Assembly (NCBI GenBank): GCA_003245835.1
Contig: QKCC01000072.1
Coordinates: forward strand, 9,982 to 73,981
Direction: 5' to 3'
DNA length: 64,000 nt
Source of the DNA: Spirochaetales bacterium
GTDB lineage: Bacteria; Spirochaetota; Spirochaetia; UBA9216
Shown here: piece after piece, positions 35,691 through 44,775 of the stretch
How positions within the stretch are numbered: the stretch's first letter is position 1
How the letters are laid out: the number at the start of each line of letters is the position of its first letter
The notes under the pieces: model-generated
The model's database searches: none
What the model saw: only the letters and a program-made list of their open reading frames with translations
Told to the model about the DNA's origin: nothing
Made by a program: the position numbers and the translations under genes

Positions 35691-35695
35691 TTGTT

Positions 35696-36964
35696 TTACC
35701 ACCTGAACCTGATCAGCGCTGAGACAAGCGCTCCGGCAGCCACGACAATATCGGGCATCCACATTGCCAGTGCTGCTGAGGAGTTATTCTGTATTCCGAA
35801 GGTCTGGCCTGCAAAAAGGAGTCCCCAGTATGCCACGGCCACAAGAAGACCTACGGCGAAACCCACTGATCTGCCGCTGCGTTTGGTAAAAAGACCGACC
35901 GGAAATGCAAAAAGTACAAAAACAAGGCATGAGAACGGCAGTGAGAATTTTTTCCAGTATTCAACAAGGTAACCCTGCAGTGACCGGTCCGTAATCTTTT
36001 TTGTCAGAAAGCTGTCGAATTCCCCGAAGTCCGACACAAGCTGAGATGGATTACGGCTTCCGGCAGGAAGCGATGCCTGGTAATAGTATTCCGATATAGT
36101 CTGAAATCCCGCCCTTTCGGTTTTAACCAGGTTACTGTATTTCTTCTGATCAAGAACTTCCTGTTTTTTATCGATCTCTGATTTAACATCGCGTGAACTC
36201 ATTTCGCGCGGACCGGGAGAATGCATTGAAAATGAGATGTCCCGAAGCAGAATATTATATGTCATGATTTCGGATGACAGGTAGTTGAAGTCGTTGCGCT
36301 TCTGCTTGTTGAATGTCTGTACAAAAACGTCAGACAGGTCAAGAGATATTACTCCGTTCTGTTCTTCGAGCTTATTAAGCTGCGCGTTACCGGCAAGAAT
36401 AATTCTTTTATCATTTTCAGGCGTTTTATCGATGATGACTATATCGGAAATTCCGGCTTTATTGATTGCGCCGGTTATAATTGTACTGCTCTGATACCTT
36501 TTAATCGAATAAGGCGAGAGTTCGAGTTCGGGATTCGAATACAGAATCTCCCTGTAAAGCTGGCTGAATTTGATTGTGCCGAGCGGAAGAAAAATATCAT
36601 TGATAATAAAACTTCCTGCTGAAAAAACAACTCCAAGCACGGCAATCGGTATAAGTATTCTCGAAAAAGGGATACCGCAGGCCTGAAGAGCCAGCACTTC
36701 ATTATCTGAAGACAGCCTGCCGATTGCCATCAGAGCGCCTACGAGGGCTCCGAACGGAAAAGCGAATGCAACTATCTGCGGCAGCGAGTAAAAAAGCAGC
36801 TTGATTACTGAGAATATACCGATGTTCCTTGATAGAATTTCTTCCGCAATAAGGAGTATCTGGTTTACAAAGAATACAAAGAAGAAAAACAGGAACGCTA
36901 CAAAAAAGGAAAAGAGAAATTCCCCGGCAGTGTATCTGTAAATTCCGTAAAATCTTCGAGCCAC
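35696..36964 (-). CDS. lptF: LptF/LptG (YjgP/YjgQ) family permease, first of a pair
   Basis: A 422-aa protein with the same architecture as the downstream paralog. The symbol is assigned by gene order only. Confidence 0.75.
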   Translation of the reverse strand: MARRFYGIYRYTAGEFLFSFFVAFLFFFFVFFVNQILLIAEEILSRNIGIFSVIKLLFYSLPQIVAFAFPFGALVGALMAIGRLSSDNEVLALQACGIPFSRILIPIAVLGVVFSAGSFIINDIFLPLGTIKFSQLYREILYSNPELELSPYSIKRYQSSTIITGAINKAGISDIVIIDKTPENDKRIILAGNAQLNKLEEQNGVISLDLSDVFVQTFNKQKRNDFNYLSSEIMTYNILLRDISFSMHSPGPREMSSRDVKSEIDKKQEVLDQKKYSNLVKTERAGFQTISEYYYQASLPAGSRNPSQLVSDFGEFDSFLTKKITDRSLQGYLVEYWKKFSLPFSCLVFVLFAFPVGLFTKRSGRSVGFAVGLLVAVAYWGLLFAGQTFGIQNNSSAALAMWMPDIVVAAGALVSALIRFRW

Positions 36965-36973
36965 GCTCTTTTT

Positions 36974-37417
36974 TCAGCCGCTGATGCCGGTTGAGCCGAA
37001 ACCGCCGCTGCCTCTTTCGGAAGATTTAAGTTCGAAAGTTTTTTCGAATTGCGCTCTGACAACCGGCGCAAAAACCATCTGTGCGATGCGGTCTCCGCGC
37101 CTGATTATGAAATCATTTTTTCCGAGGTTTATAAGAATAATTTTTACCTCACCGCGGTAGTCGGCATCTATAGTACCCGGAGTATTCAGGACTGTTATCG
37201 ACGATTTTGCAGCAAGGCCGGATCTAGGCCGTATCTGGGCCTCAAAACCGATCGGAATCTCAAGGTAAAGACCGGTCGGGACAAGAGCGGTCTCACCGGC
37301 TTTGATAATCAGATCTTCGGAAACATCAGCCTTGACATCGGCTCCGCTTGCCGCCTCAGAAGAATAAACGGGATCAAGATCCGAATCGCTTTTATAATGA
37401 ACAAGTATTTTCTGCAT
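36974..37417 (-). CDS. dut: dUTP diphosphatase
   Basis: A 147-aa trimeric dUTPase with the motifs AAGADV-like (ASGADV), [17 protein letters not shown] and RIAQ, plus the C-terminal GGFGSTG. Confidence 0.93.
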   Translation of the reverse strand: MQKILVHYKSDSDLDPVYSSEAASGADVKADVSEDLIIKAGETALVPTGLYLEIPIGFEAQIRPRSGLAAKSSITVLNTPGTIDADYRGEVKIILINLGKNDFIIRRGDRIAQMVFAPVVRAQFEKTFELKSSERGSGGFGSTGISG

Positions 37418-37435
37418 GCTGTGATCAGGCTCCTT

Positions 37436-37465
37436 AAAAAAATACCCGGCACTGTTGTACCGGGT
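37436..37465 (-). terminator. Rho-independent terminator after pnp
   Basis: On the minus strand, ACCCGGTAC-AACA-GTGCCGGGT forms a 9-bp stem with one G-U pair and a tetraloop. ATTTTTTT follows, then the dut Shine-Dalgarno AAGGAG. Confidence 0.7.
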
Positions 37466-37489
37466 TTCAATTATACCATAAAGGCGGAA

Positions 37490-39589
37490 TTATTTTTTTT
37501 CTTTTTCAAGATCTTCAACGGCTTCAATGTAGCTGAGATTTATTCTGCCCATCCTGTCAATTTCGATAATCTTTACCGGAATTTCCTGGTTGAGTTTAAG
37601 AACCTCATCCACCTTGTTGATTCTCTTGCGGCTCAGTCTTGAAATATGACAGAGTCCTTCCTTACCGGGAAGGAATTCTACGAAAGCTCCGAAATCGACG
37701 ATTCTTTTGACTGTTCCGGTATAAAGAGTCCCTATTTCGGGGTCTTCTACAAGGCCTTTGATTGCTTTCAATGCAGCATCTGTTGCCTGTTTGTTTTTAC
37801 CGTAAACAGTAGTTGAACCGTCCTGTTCGATATTGATGTTAACATCGAATTTTTCGGAAAGGGCTTTGATTGTTTTTCCGCCCTGCCCGATAACTGCACC
37901 AATCTTGTCTTCAGGAATGGTAACAGTCTCGATTCTCGGTGCAAACTCGCTTACGCCGTTCATAGGCTTGCTGATTGTTTCATTCATGATGCCGAGAATG
38001 TGCATTCTTCCGCGTTTAGCCTGCTCGAGCGCAGTTTTCATGATCTCGGGGCTGACGCCGGAGATCTTTATGTCCATCTGGAAAGCGGTGATTCCGTCTT
38101 CGGTTCCGCAGACCTTGAAGTCCATGTCCCCGAGGTGGTCTTCCTCTCCGAGGATGTCTGAAAGAACAACAGTGTTTGTGTTGTCTGTTACAAGACCCAT
38201 CGCAATCCCGGCAACCGGCTTCTTGATGGGAACGCCCGCGTTAAGCAGTGACAGCGTTCCTGAACATACTGTCGCCATCGATGAAGAACCGTTGGATTCA
38301 AGTATTTCGGATACAACCCTGATTGTGTACGGGAATTCTTCTTTTGTAGGAAGGATTGATGTAAGTGCTCTCTGGGCAAGATGTCCGTGGCCGATTTCAC
38401 GACGACCGGTACTGAGCCTTCCGCATTCACCGACCGAAAACGGCGGGAAGTTGTAGTGAAGCATGAAATTTGAATAACGCTTTTCACTGTCAATATCGTC
38501 GATCATCTGTTCATCGAAAACAGTACCGAGTGTGGTTACTCCGAGAGACTGTGTTTCCCCTCTTGTGAAAAGGGCGCTGCCGTGTGTTCTGGACAGGACT
38601 CCAATTTCACAGGTGATCTGGCGGATATCTTCCGGACCTCGACCATCGGTTCTGACTTTGTTCACAAGAATAGATTTTCTTACGATATTGTATTCGATTT
38701 CTTCCATAAGCGCTTCGAAGAGTTTCATCTGATCTTCGTCGAAGTTCTCACAGTATTCTGCTTTTGCTGCAGCCTTAACGTCCTTGATAGCGGCATATCT
38801 TATATGTTTACCTTTTACAAAACACGCCTCTTCAAGTTTGGGATAAACATCGTTGTAGATTCCGTCCCTGTTCTCAAGCTTAATGGAACTTTCGGTAAGC
38901 GGGAGCTTTTCAAGGCCGCATTTTGCAACCAGTTCTTTCTGCATCGCGCACATTGCGTCAATTATGGTTTTACCCTTTGCAATGGCTGTAAGAAGAACTT
39001 CTTCGCTTACTTCTTTTGCTCCGCCCTCAACCATAGTGATTCCTTCTTCGGAACCTGCTACTACGATCTCAAGGTCGGCTGTATCTATCTGCTGGAAGGT
39101 CGGGTTGATAATGTATTCGCCGTTGATATAACAGACTCTTACAGCACCTATCGGTCCTTCAAACGGAATATCGGAAATACTTACGGCTGCAAATGAAGCA
39201 ACCATGGCAAGAACGTCCGGAGTATTCTCCTGATCGGAGGATATTACCGTCGGTATAACCTGAATTTCACGACCGAATTCCTTGTGAAAAAGCGGACGCA
39301 TTGGTCTGTCAATAAGTCTTGATACAAGAATTTCTTTGTCTTTGGGTCTGCCTTCTCTTTTTAAAAATCCGCCCGGAATCTTTCCTGCAGCGTAGTATTT
39401 CTCGTTATACTCGACCTGCAGAGGAACATAATCAAGTCCTTCAACCGGCTTATCGCCGCAGCAAACCGTGGCGAGTACTGCTGAACCACCGTAGGTTGCA
39501 AATACCGCACCGTTCGCCTGCTTGGCCATTCTGCCGGTTTCAAGGACCAGCTCCTTTCCTTCAATTTCCAGACTAACTGTATTAACCAT
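37490..39589 (-). CDS. pnp: Polyribonucleotide nucleotidyltransferase (PNPase)
   Basis: A 699-aa protein with two RNase PH domains plus KH and S1 domains. Long colinear matches include RPLFP-like, GSSSMA, GDMDFKV and the S1 tail G.V....FGAFVE. Confidence 0.97.
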   Translation of the reverse strand: MVNTVSLEIEGKELVLETGRMAKQANGAVFATYGGSAVLATVCCGDKPVEGLDYVPLQVEYNEKYYAAGKIPGGFLKREGRPKDKEILVSRLIDRPMRPLFHKEFGREIQVIPTVISSDQENTPDVLAMVASFAAVSISDIPFEGPIGAVRVCYINGEYIINPTFQQIDTADLEIVVAGSEEGITMVEGGAKEVSEEVLLTAIAKGKTIIDAMCAMQKELVAKCGLEKLPLTESSIKLENRDGIYNDVYPKLEEACFVKGKHIRYAAIKDVKAAAKAEYCENFDEDQMKLFEALMEEIEYNIVRKSILVNKVRTDGRGPEDIRQITCEIGVLSRTHGSALFTRGETQSLGVTTLGTVFDEQMIDDIDSEKRYSNFMLHYNFPPFSVGECGRLSTGRREIGHGHLAQRALTSILPTKEEFPYTIRVVSEILESNGSSSMATVCSGTLSLLNAGVPIKKPVAGIAMGLVTDNTNTVVLSDILGEEDHLGDMDFKVCGTEDGITAFQMDIKISGVSPEIMKTALEQAKRGRMHILGIMNETISKPMNGVSEFAPRIETVTIPEDKIGAVIGQGGKTIKALSEKFDVNINIEQDGSTTVYGKNKQATDAALKAIKGLVEDPEIGTLYTGTVKRIVDFGAFVEFLPGKEGLCHISRLSRKRINKVDEVLKLNQEIPVKIIEIDRMGRINLSYIEAVEDLEKEKK

Positions 39590-39607
39590 AAAATTTCCCT
39601 ATTTTGA

Positions 39608-39874
39608 TTATTTACGAAGATTCAGTTTCTTGAGGATTGCCCTGTAAGATTCCAAATCCTTCTTTTTGAGATATTTAAGAAGAGTTCTTCGGCTTCCGAC
39701 GAGTTTCAGAAGTCCGCGTCTTGAACTGTGATCCTTCTTGTGTGTTTTAAAATGTTCGGTGAGGTCCTGAATTCTTGCTGTAAGAAGAGCAATCTGCACT
39801 TCTGTGGAACCTGTATCCTTATCATTAAGACCGAACTCTGTAATGATATTCTGTTTTGCTTCTTTTGTTAACAT
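39608..39874 (-). CDS. rpsO: 30S ribosomal protein S15
   Basis: I chose the start at 39874 ([11 protein letters not shown]..., 88 aa), which has GGAG 8 nt upstream overlapping the ribF stop. Typical S15 signatures are present: [14 protein letters not shown]...HKKDHHSRRGL. The rpsO-pnp pairing is conserved. Confidence 0.92.
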   Translation of the reverse strand: MLTKEAKQNIITEFGLNDKDTGSTEVQIALLTARIQDLTEHFKTHKKDHSSRRGLLKLVGSRRTLLKYLKKKDLESYRAILKKLNLRK

Positions 39875-39879
39875 CCTGT

Positions 39880-40668
39880 TTACTCCTGTGAAAGACAATC
39901 AAACCTAAGTATTTCGGCTTGAAAATCAGGTTTATTTTCAAACACTATCCTGTCTTCAATAAAGTTTATTCTTGTGGCAAAGGTCTTCTCTTTGTTTTCA
40001 AGCGTGACAGCATATCTGCCCGAAAACGGAATAACCTGTTTTATATCATTTCTCCTTAGATATGGAGAATTGTATTCTGAAAAAATGCAATCGCTGATGT
40101 CAAGAATGTGCGGTCTGCCTAACAGTCTGCAGGCCGAATCAAGATCACCCTCTTCTATAGCTGTACGTATCCTGGTGCTGCTGACAGGTTTGCCGCCGTC
40201 TATCAGCGGTTCAACTATATCAACTATGATTCCTTCAGGTTCAAGCATGGCTTTTGCCTGCTCGGACGAAGTATCTCCGCCATTGCCCAGCTTATGGTCC
40301 TTTCCAAGCACCAGATGACCTAAATCGATATGCCGTCTGATTATACTGAAAAAATCCCTTCCTGACAGTTTACTGAATTCCACGGAAAAGTCAATCAGAA
40401 TTACTATTTCACAGCCAAGCTCTTCAAGCAGACCGATTTTCTGCTCTATTGTGGAAATATCGCCCTTATAGCGTTCCGGACGAAGCAGCCTGAAGGGATT
40501 GGTCCTGAAGGTAGCGACAACCGGCATATTCTTTTCTCTGGAGGTCAGACAGTCAATGAGCTGATGGTGACCGCGGTGTACGCCGTCAAACACACCGGTT
40601 GTGAACGATGCGGGCAGATCACGTTTGATACCGTGTTCAACAAAATAATTCCAGTCCAGTACTTCCAC
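39880..40668 (-). CDS. ribF: RibF-like FAD synthetase (FMN adenylyltransferase) with a short, atypical C-terminal domain
   Basis: The N-terminal nucleotidyltransferase motif [13 protein letters not shown] is present, and the gene sits in the conserved truB-ribF-rpsO position. At 262 aa it is short, and the C-terminal region lacks a recognisable G-x-P-T-A-N riboflavin kinase motif. Confidence 0.78.
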   Translation of the reverse strand: MEVLDWNYFVEHGIKRDLPASFTTGVFDGVHRGHHQLIDCLTSREKNMPVVATFRTNPFRLLRPERYKGDISTIEQKIGLLEELGCEIVILIDFSVEFSKLSGRDFFSIIRRHIDLGHLVLGKDHKLGNGGDTSSEQAKAMLEPEGIIVDIVEPLIDGGKPVSSTRIRTAIEEGDLDSACRLLGRPHILDISDCIFSEYNSPYLRRNDIKQVIPFSGRYAVTLENKEKTFATRINFIEDRIVFENKPDFQAEILRFDCLSQE

Positions 40669-40671
40669 GAT

Positions 40672-41628
40672 TTATCCTGTAAAGACATACCTGAATAGGC
40701 CGTCGTTGAATTCAATATAAGAGACAAACTCTTCCTCACTGTAAACAGCATACCCGCCGTTCACAACAGGTTCCTGTGTGAAAAATGACCGGTCCATAAC
40801 AGCTCCGTTTTTAAGCTGCGCGACCCTGTCCGGTACCGCATCGATGATGCTGAATTTACCGGGAATGGCTTCGGTGAGTTTCTCAATCACTTTCCTGTCG
40901 CATTGTATGTGCTGTTCTGCTGAAAAATCATCAGGAGAAACACTGCCGGATAACGAGAACGGACCGACGGAAGTACGTTTCAGGGCTGAAAGGCTGGCGC
41001 AGGATCCTGCGGCTGTCCCTATATCCCTTGCAATTGAGCGAATATAGGTTCCCTTCGAGCAGGATATTCTGCAGCTGAGGACGGGCGGATTCCATTCAAT
41101 GAGCTCAAAAGAATAGACTTCAACCGGCCGCTCCGGCAGCAGTTCGGTACTTCCTTTTAAGGCTTTTTTGTATGCACGCTCACCGTCTACATGAACCGCC
41201 GAGTAAAGAGGCGGTCGCTGCATGATTTTACCTGTAAATAAAGGAATACAGTCCTCGATAACCGTGATATCCGGAACAGCGGCAGTATTTACGATTGCTC
41301 CGCCCGGATCAAGGGTGTCGGTTTGCCGGCCGAAAAGAATATCCGCTTCGTAGGTTTTATCGAGCCCGGTAAAAAGCGGGTTAAACCTGGTAAATTTTCC
41401 GGTAAGAACGACCAGAAGCCCCTCTGCGAATTTATCGAGGGTTCCGGTATGTCCGACCTTGACTTTTTGTCCGCTGTAATTTTTGAGTCCGGTTTTAATT
41501 CTGCCAAGGGCCCGGAAAGACGTAATCTCCGGGGGTTTGTTCAGAAGAACTATTCCGTTAGTCGTTGTCGTCACTTGTCTCGGCTGGGTTATCTTCGGGT
41601 TCTTCAGGTGATATTTCGAGGGCGTCAA
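40672..41628 (-). CDS. truB: tRNA pseudouridine-55 synthase TruB
   Basis: Signatures include GIVLLNKPPEITS, the catalytic GHTGTLD and a PUA-like C-terminus. The ATG at 41628 overlaps rbfA by 71 nt. An in-frame GTG at 41574 would reduce the overlap to 17 nt. Confidence 0.9.
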   Translation of the reverse strand: MTPSKYHLKNPKITQPRQVTTTTNGIVLLNKPPEITSFRALGRIKTGLKNYSGQKVKVGHTGTLDKFAEGLLVVLTGKFTRFNPLFTGLDKTYEADILFGRQTDTLDPGGAIVNTAAVPDITVIEDCIPLFTGKIMQRPPLYSAVHVDGERAYKKALKGSTELLPERPVEVYSFELIEWNPPVLSCRISCSKGTYIRSIARDIGTAAGSCASLSALKRTSVGPFSLSGSVSPDDFSAEQHIQCDRKVIEKLTEAIPGKFSIIDAVPDRVAQLKNGAVMDRSFFTQEPVVNGGYAVYSEEEFVSYIEFNDGLFRYVFTG

Positions 41629-41956
41629 TTTTTCTTGTCATCTCGAATCCGTCTTTTATTGAGTCATCGAAAATGAATTTAAGCTTAGGCGTCATACGCG
41701 TGTGCATATGTTTGCCGAGATTTCTCTGGATAAAACCTGCTGCACTGTTGAGTCCGTCGACGGCCGATTTGATTTTATTTTCGCCTTCGAAACCTGATAT
41801 ATATATTCTGGCGAATGAGAGATCCTTTGAGATCTCTACCTTTGATATTGAAACAAGACTGCTGATCCGGGGGTCCTTTACAGACCCCTTCATGATCATC
41901 TCGCTTATAATTTCGCGCACCATATTTTCGACACGCTGTAATCTATATTCAGACAT
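41558..41956 (-). CDS. rbfA: Ribosome-binding factor A
   Basis: It has the RbfA KH-like fold signature (R..RV...IREIISE....G.VKDPR) and an acidic tail. It sits in the infB-rbfA-truB position. Confidence 0.88.
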   Translation of the reverse strand: MSEYRLQRVENMVREIISEMIMKGSVKDPRISSLVSISKVEISKDLSFARIYISGFEGENKIKSAVDGLNSAAGFIQRNLGKHMHTRMTPKLKFIFDDSIKDGFEMTRKIDALEISPEEPEDNPAETSDDND

Positions 41957-41970
41957 CTTTAACCTTAAAC

Positions 41971-44754
41971 CTAGAGATTCCTTGCCGTTTCCTTGATTAC
42001 GTATACTTCGAATTCATCTCCGACCTGTACGTCAAGATAGTTTTCGATTCCGATACCGCATTCATAACCGGCGTCAACCTCACGTGCATCGTCCTTGAAC
42101 CTTTTGAGTGATGTAATCTTTCCTGAATGCAGGATAACACCGTCACGGATGACATGCGCGCTTTCATTACGGCGGACTTTTCCGGTTTTAACGTAACATC
42201 CGGCAATGAGTCCAATCTTGGGAACCTTGAATACCTCACGTACTTCGACAGTTCCGATCGTTTCTTCGGAAAGTTCGGGTGCGAGCATTCCTTCCATTGC
42301 GGCCCTGATATCGGCAACGGCATCATATATGATGTTGTATTTTCTGATATCGACCTTTTCCTGCTCTGCAAGCGCCAGCGCTTTTGCTGTCGGTCTGACA
42401 TGAAAACCAATTATTATGGCGTTCGATGCAGAAGCAAGCGTAACATCGTTTTCAACAATCGCGCCTGCGGCCGCATGTATCGGATTAAGCCTGATTTCAT
42501 CAGTACTGAGTTTCTTGAGGGATGTCTGCAGCGCTTCAACAGAACCGTGAACGTCTCCCTTGATAATTACCTTGAGTTCCTGAATCTCGCCGTCCTGGAT
42601 TGAGTCGTAGAGGTTGTCGAGGGTAACCTTTGTCAGGTTCTCGGCACGGCCCTGCTTTTCGAGTTCCTGTCTCTTTTCTCCGACCATTCTGGCTGTTTTT
42701 TCATTCTCTGTGACCTGGAATGGTGCTCCGGCACTCGGCAGACCCGTAAATCCGAGTATTTCAACAGGGGTAGACGGTCCGGCTTCTTTTATGCTGTTGC
42801 CCTTGTCGTCGAAAAGCGCCCTGACCTTTCCGGGAAAAATTCCGGCGACAAAGCTGTCCCCGATTTTAAGTGTTCCGCGCTCGACAATAACTGAAGAAAC
42901 AATACCGCGTCCCTGGTCAACCCTGGATTCGATAACTGTACCTTCCGCCCTGCAGTCAGGGTTTGCCTTGAGTTCAAGAAGCTCGGCCTGAAGCATGATT
43001 GTATCAAGCAGCTCCTTAATACCGGTTCCCTTAAGTGCGGAGATCTCGTTAAAGAGTGTAGTTCCGCCCCAGTCTTCCGGTACGAGGTTGTATTCGGAAA
43101 GCTGCTGCTTGACACGATCGATATTCGCATCCGGAAGGTCGCATTTGTTTACGGCGATGATAATTGGTACATCGGCTTCTTTTGCATGATTGATTGCTTC
43201 AACCGTCTGGGGCATAACACCGTCGTTGGCCGCTACAACCAGCACAACTATGTCGGTGACCTTTGCTCCGCGGGCTCTCATCATTGTGAATGCTTCGTGG
43301 CCCGGAGTATCGAGAAAAACAATCGAACCGTGGTCAAGCTCAACCTTCGAAGCTCCTATATGCTGGGTGATTCCTCCGTGCTCGTCTGCAACAATATCCG
43401 TTTTACGGATAGCATCGAGCAGCTTGGTCTTTCCATGGTCTACGTGACCCATGACCGTTACAATCGGCGGTCTTGGAAGCAGAGTGTCATCAGAATATTT
43501 TTCGCTTTCAATAAGCGTTTCGTCGTATAGAGATACGATTTTAACCTTGCAGTTGTACTCTGAAGCAAGAATTTCAGCGGTTTCGGCATCAATCTGCTGA
43601 TTGATTGTAACCATCATTCCCATGCTCATAAGCTTTCCGATAAGTTCGGAAGCCTTAAGGTTCATTTTCCGGGCAAGATCTGAAACTGTAATAACTTCCA
43701 TCATTTCAATTTCATTTGGAACAGGATTTGCGCGCTGGATGGATTTTTTCTTTATCTGAAAATTCTTCTCCTGCTCAAAATCGTTCTTTTTCTTGTAATC
43801 GGTCTTCTTTTTTGTTTTGAAGACCTTCCGTGCCGTGGATTTCTTGTTCTCTCCGGCCGGTGAAGAAGAACTTCCTGCTCCGCCGCCTGTACCGCCTCCG
43901 GCTGGACGGCCGCCCTGTCCGGGTCTGCCGGGTCCACCGGGTCTTCCCGGTCCTCCGGGCCTGTTGCCGCCGAAGCGGTTTGGTCCGCCGGTTCCCGGAC
44001 GGTTGTCGCGACCCTGGTATCCGCCCGGTCTTCCGTCGCGGTTGTCGCGTCCCTGGTAACCGCCTTCTCTGCCGTCGCGGTTATTATCACGGTTGTATCC
44101 GCCGGCCGGACGGTTGTCACGTCCCTGGTATCCGCCCGGTCTTCCGTCGCGGTTGTCGCGTCCCTGGTAACCGCCTTCTCTGCCGTCACGGTTATTATCA
44201 CGGTTGTATCCGCCGGCCGGACGGTTGTCACGTCCCTGGTAGCCGCCCGGTGTCCGCTGACGATCGCCGCTGTAGCGTTCAGAAGACTGGCTTCTTCTGT
44301 CATCCCTCTGGAGCTGGCCTTCTTCCCTGTTCTGCTGCTGGGGCGGCTGCTGCTGCGGCTGCGGCTGCTGCTGCGGCTGCTGCGGTTGATGCTGCTGCGA
44401 AGTTTCTACAGGTGTACTTTCGGAATCCTGCTGCGGCTGTGAGGTTTTTGGTGCAAAAATGTCATCCTGAGATCTGCCCTTACGGGAACCGCCCAGGGGT
44501 CTTTCACCCTTTGCCTGTCGGTTTCCGGCTGCCGGTTTCTGGCCTGAAGCAGCTGCGGATTTAGCCGCAGGTTTTTCTCCATCCTGTGCACCGTTTTCAG
44601 CTGCGGGTTTAGCTTTTATAACAGGTTTTTTCTTTTTCTTGACAACTACAACCTTCTTTTTCTCGCCTTTCGACGCATCAGAGTCTGCAGCTGGTTTACT
44701 GTGTTTTATCAAAGTAGCTTTGGGCATATTTTTCTTCTCAAGTTCTTCTGACAT
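41971..44754 (-). CDS. infB: Translation initiation factor IF-2
   Basis: The GTPase core carries [20 protein letters not shown] and NKCD, with conserved C-terminal domains. The N-terminal region of about 330 aa is long, low-complexity and repetitive. Confidence 0.96.
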   Translation of the reverse strand: MSEELEKKNMPKATLIKHSKPAADSDASKGEKKKVVVVKKKKKPVIKAKPAAENGAQDGEKPAAKSAAASGQKPAAGNRQAKGERPLGGSRKGRSQDDIFAPKTSQPQQDSESTPVETSQQHQPQQPQQQPQPQQQPPQQQNREEGQLQRDDRRSQSSERYSGDRQRTPGGYQGRDNRPAGGYNRDNNRDGREGGYQGRDNRDGRPGGYQGRDNRPAGGYNRDNNRDGREGGYQGRDNRDGRPGGYQGRDNRPGTGGPNRFGGNRPGGPGRPGGPGRPGQGGRPAGGGTGGGAGSSSSPAGENKKSTARKVFKTKKKTDYKKKNDFEQEKNFQIKKKSIQRANPVPNEIEMMEVITVSDLARKMNLKASELIGKLMSMGMMVTINQQIDAETAEILASEYNCKVKIVSLYDETLIESEKYSDDTLLPRPPIVTVMGHVDHGKTKLLDAIRKTDIVADEHGGITQHIGASKVELDHGSIVFLDTPGHEAFTMMRARGAKVTDIVVLVVAANDGVMPQTVEAINHAKEADVPIIIAVNKCDLPDANIDRVKQQLSEYNLVPEDWGGTTLFNEISALKGTGIKELLDTIMLQAELLELKANPDCRAEGTVIESRVDQGRGIVSSVIVERGTLKIGDSFVAGIFPGKVRALFDDKGNSIKEAGPSTPVEILGFTGLPSAGAPFQVTENEKTARMVGEKRQELEKQGRAENLTKVTLDNLYDSIQDGEIQELKVIIKGDVHGSVEALQTSLKKLSTDEIRLNPIHAAAGAIVENDVTLASASNAIIIGFHVRPTAKALALAEQEKVDIRKYNIIYDAVADIRAAMEGMLAPELSEETIGTVEVREVFKVPKIGLIAGCYVKTGKVRRNESAHVIRDGVILHSGKITSLKRFKDDAREVDAGYECGIGIENYLDVQVGDEFEVYVIKETARNL
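43999..44250. repeat. 111-bp tandem repeat (about 2.3 copies) inside the infB N-terminal coding region
   Basis: Units start at 43999, 44110 and 44221 and are near-identical. Each encodes [44 protein letters not shown]-rich tract encoding poly-Q/P lies at about 44330-44400. Confidence 0.85.
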
Positions 44755-44775
44755 ATATTCCCTTCAAATAATATT

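Noticed and set aside
35691-35762. The listed upstream start of the lptG-like ORF, which overlaps the lptF-like gene.
   Set aside because: The Cys/Arg-rich first 24 residues are not protein-like. The ATG at 35690 (MFKTLDRMIIKQF) matches the family N-terminus and lies 5 nt after the upstream stop.
39875-39898. The longer rpsO start (MSFTGVNRM...), which overlaps ribF.
   Set aside because: The ATG at 39874 gives the canonical S15 length of about 88 aa and has GGAG 8 nt upstream.
43999-44250. Regularly spaced direct repeats that might suggest a CRISPR-like array.
   Set aside because: The units are contiguous 111-bp tandem copies with no unique spacers. They lie in-frame inside infB and encode a repeated peptide. 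No cas genes are present in the window.
43752-44564. ORFs of 183 aa (- strand, alternative frame) and 244 aa (+ strand) across the infB repeat region.
   Set aside because: They are products of the GC-rich, stop-poor tandem repeat and CAG tract inside infB. The translations are monotonous Arg/Pro/Ala/Thr strings. The IF-2 frame is continuous and conserved.
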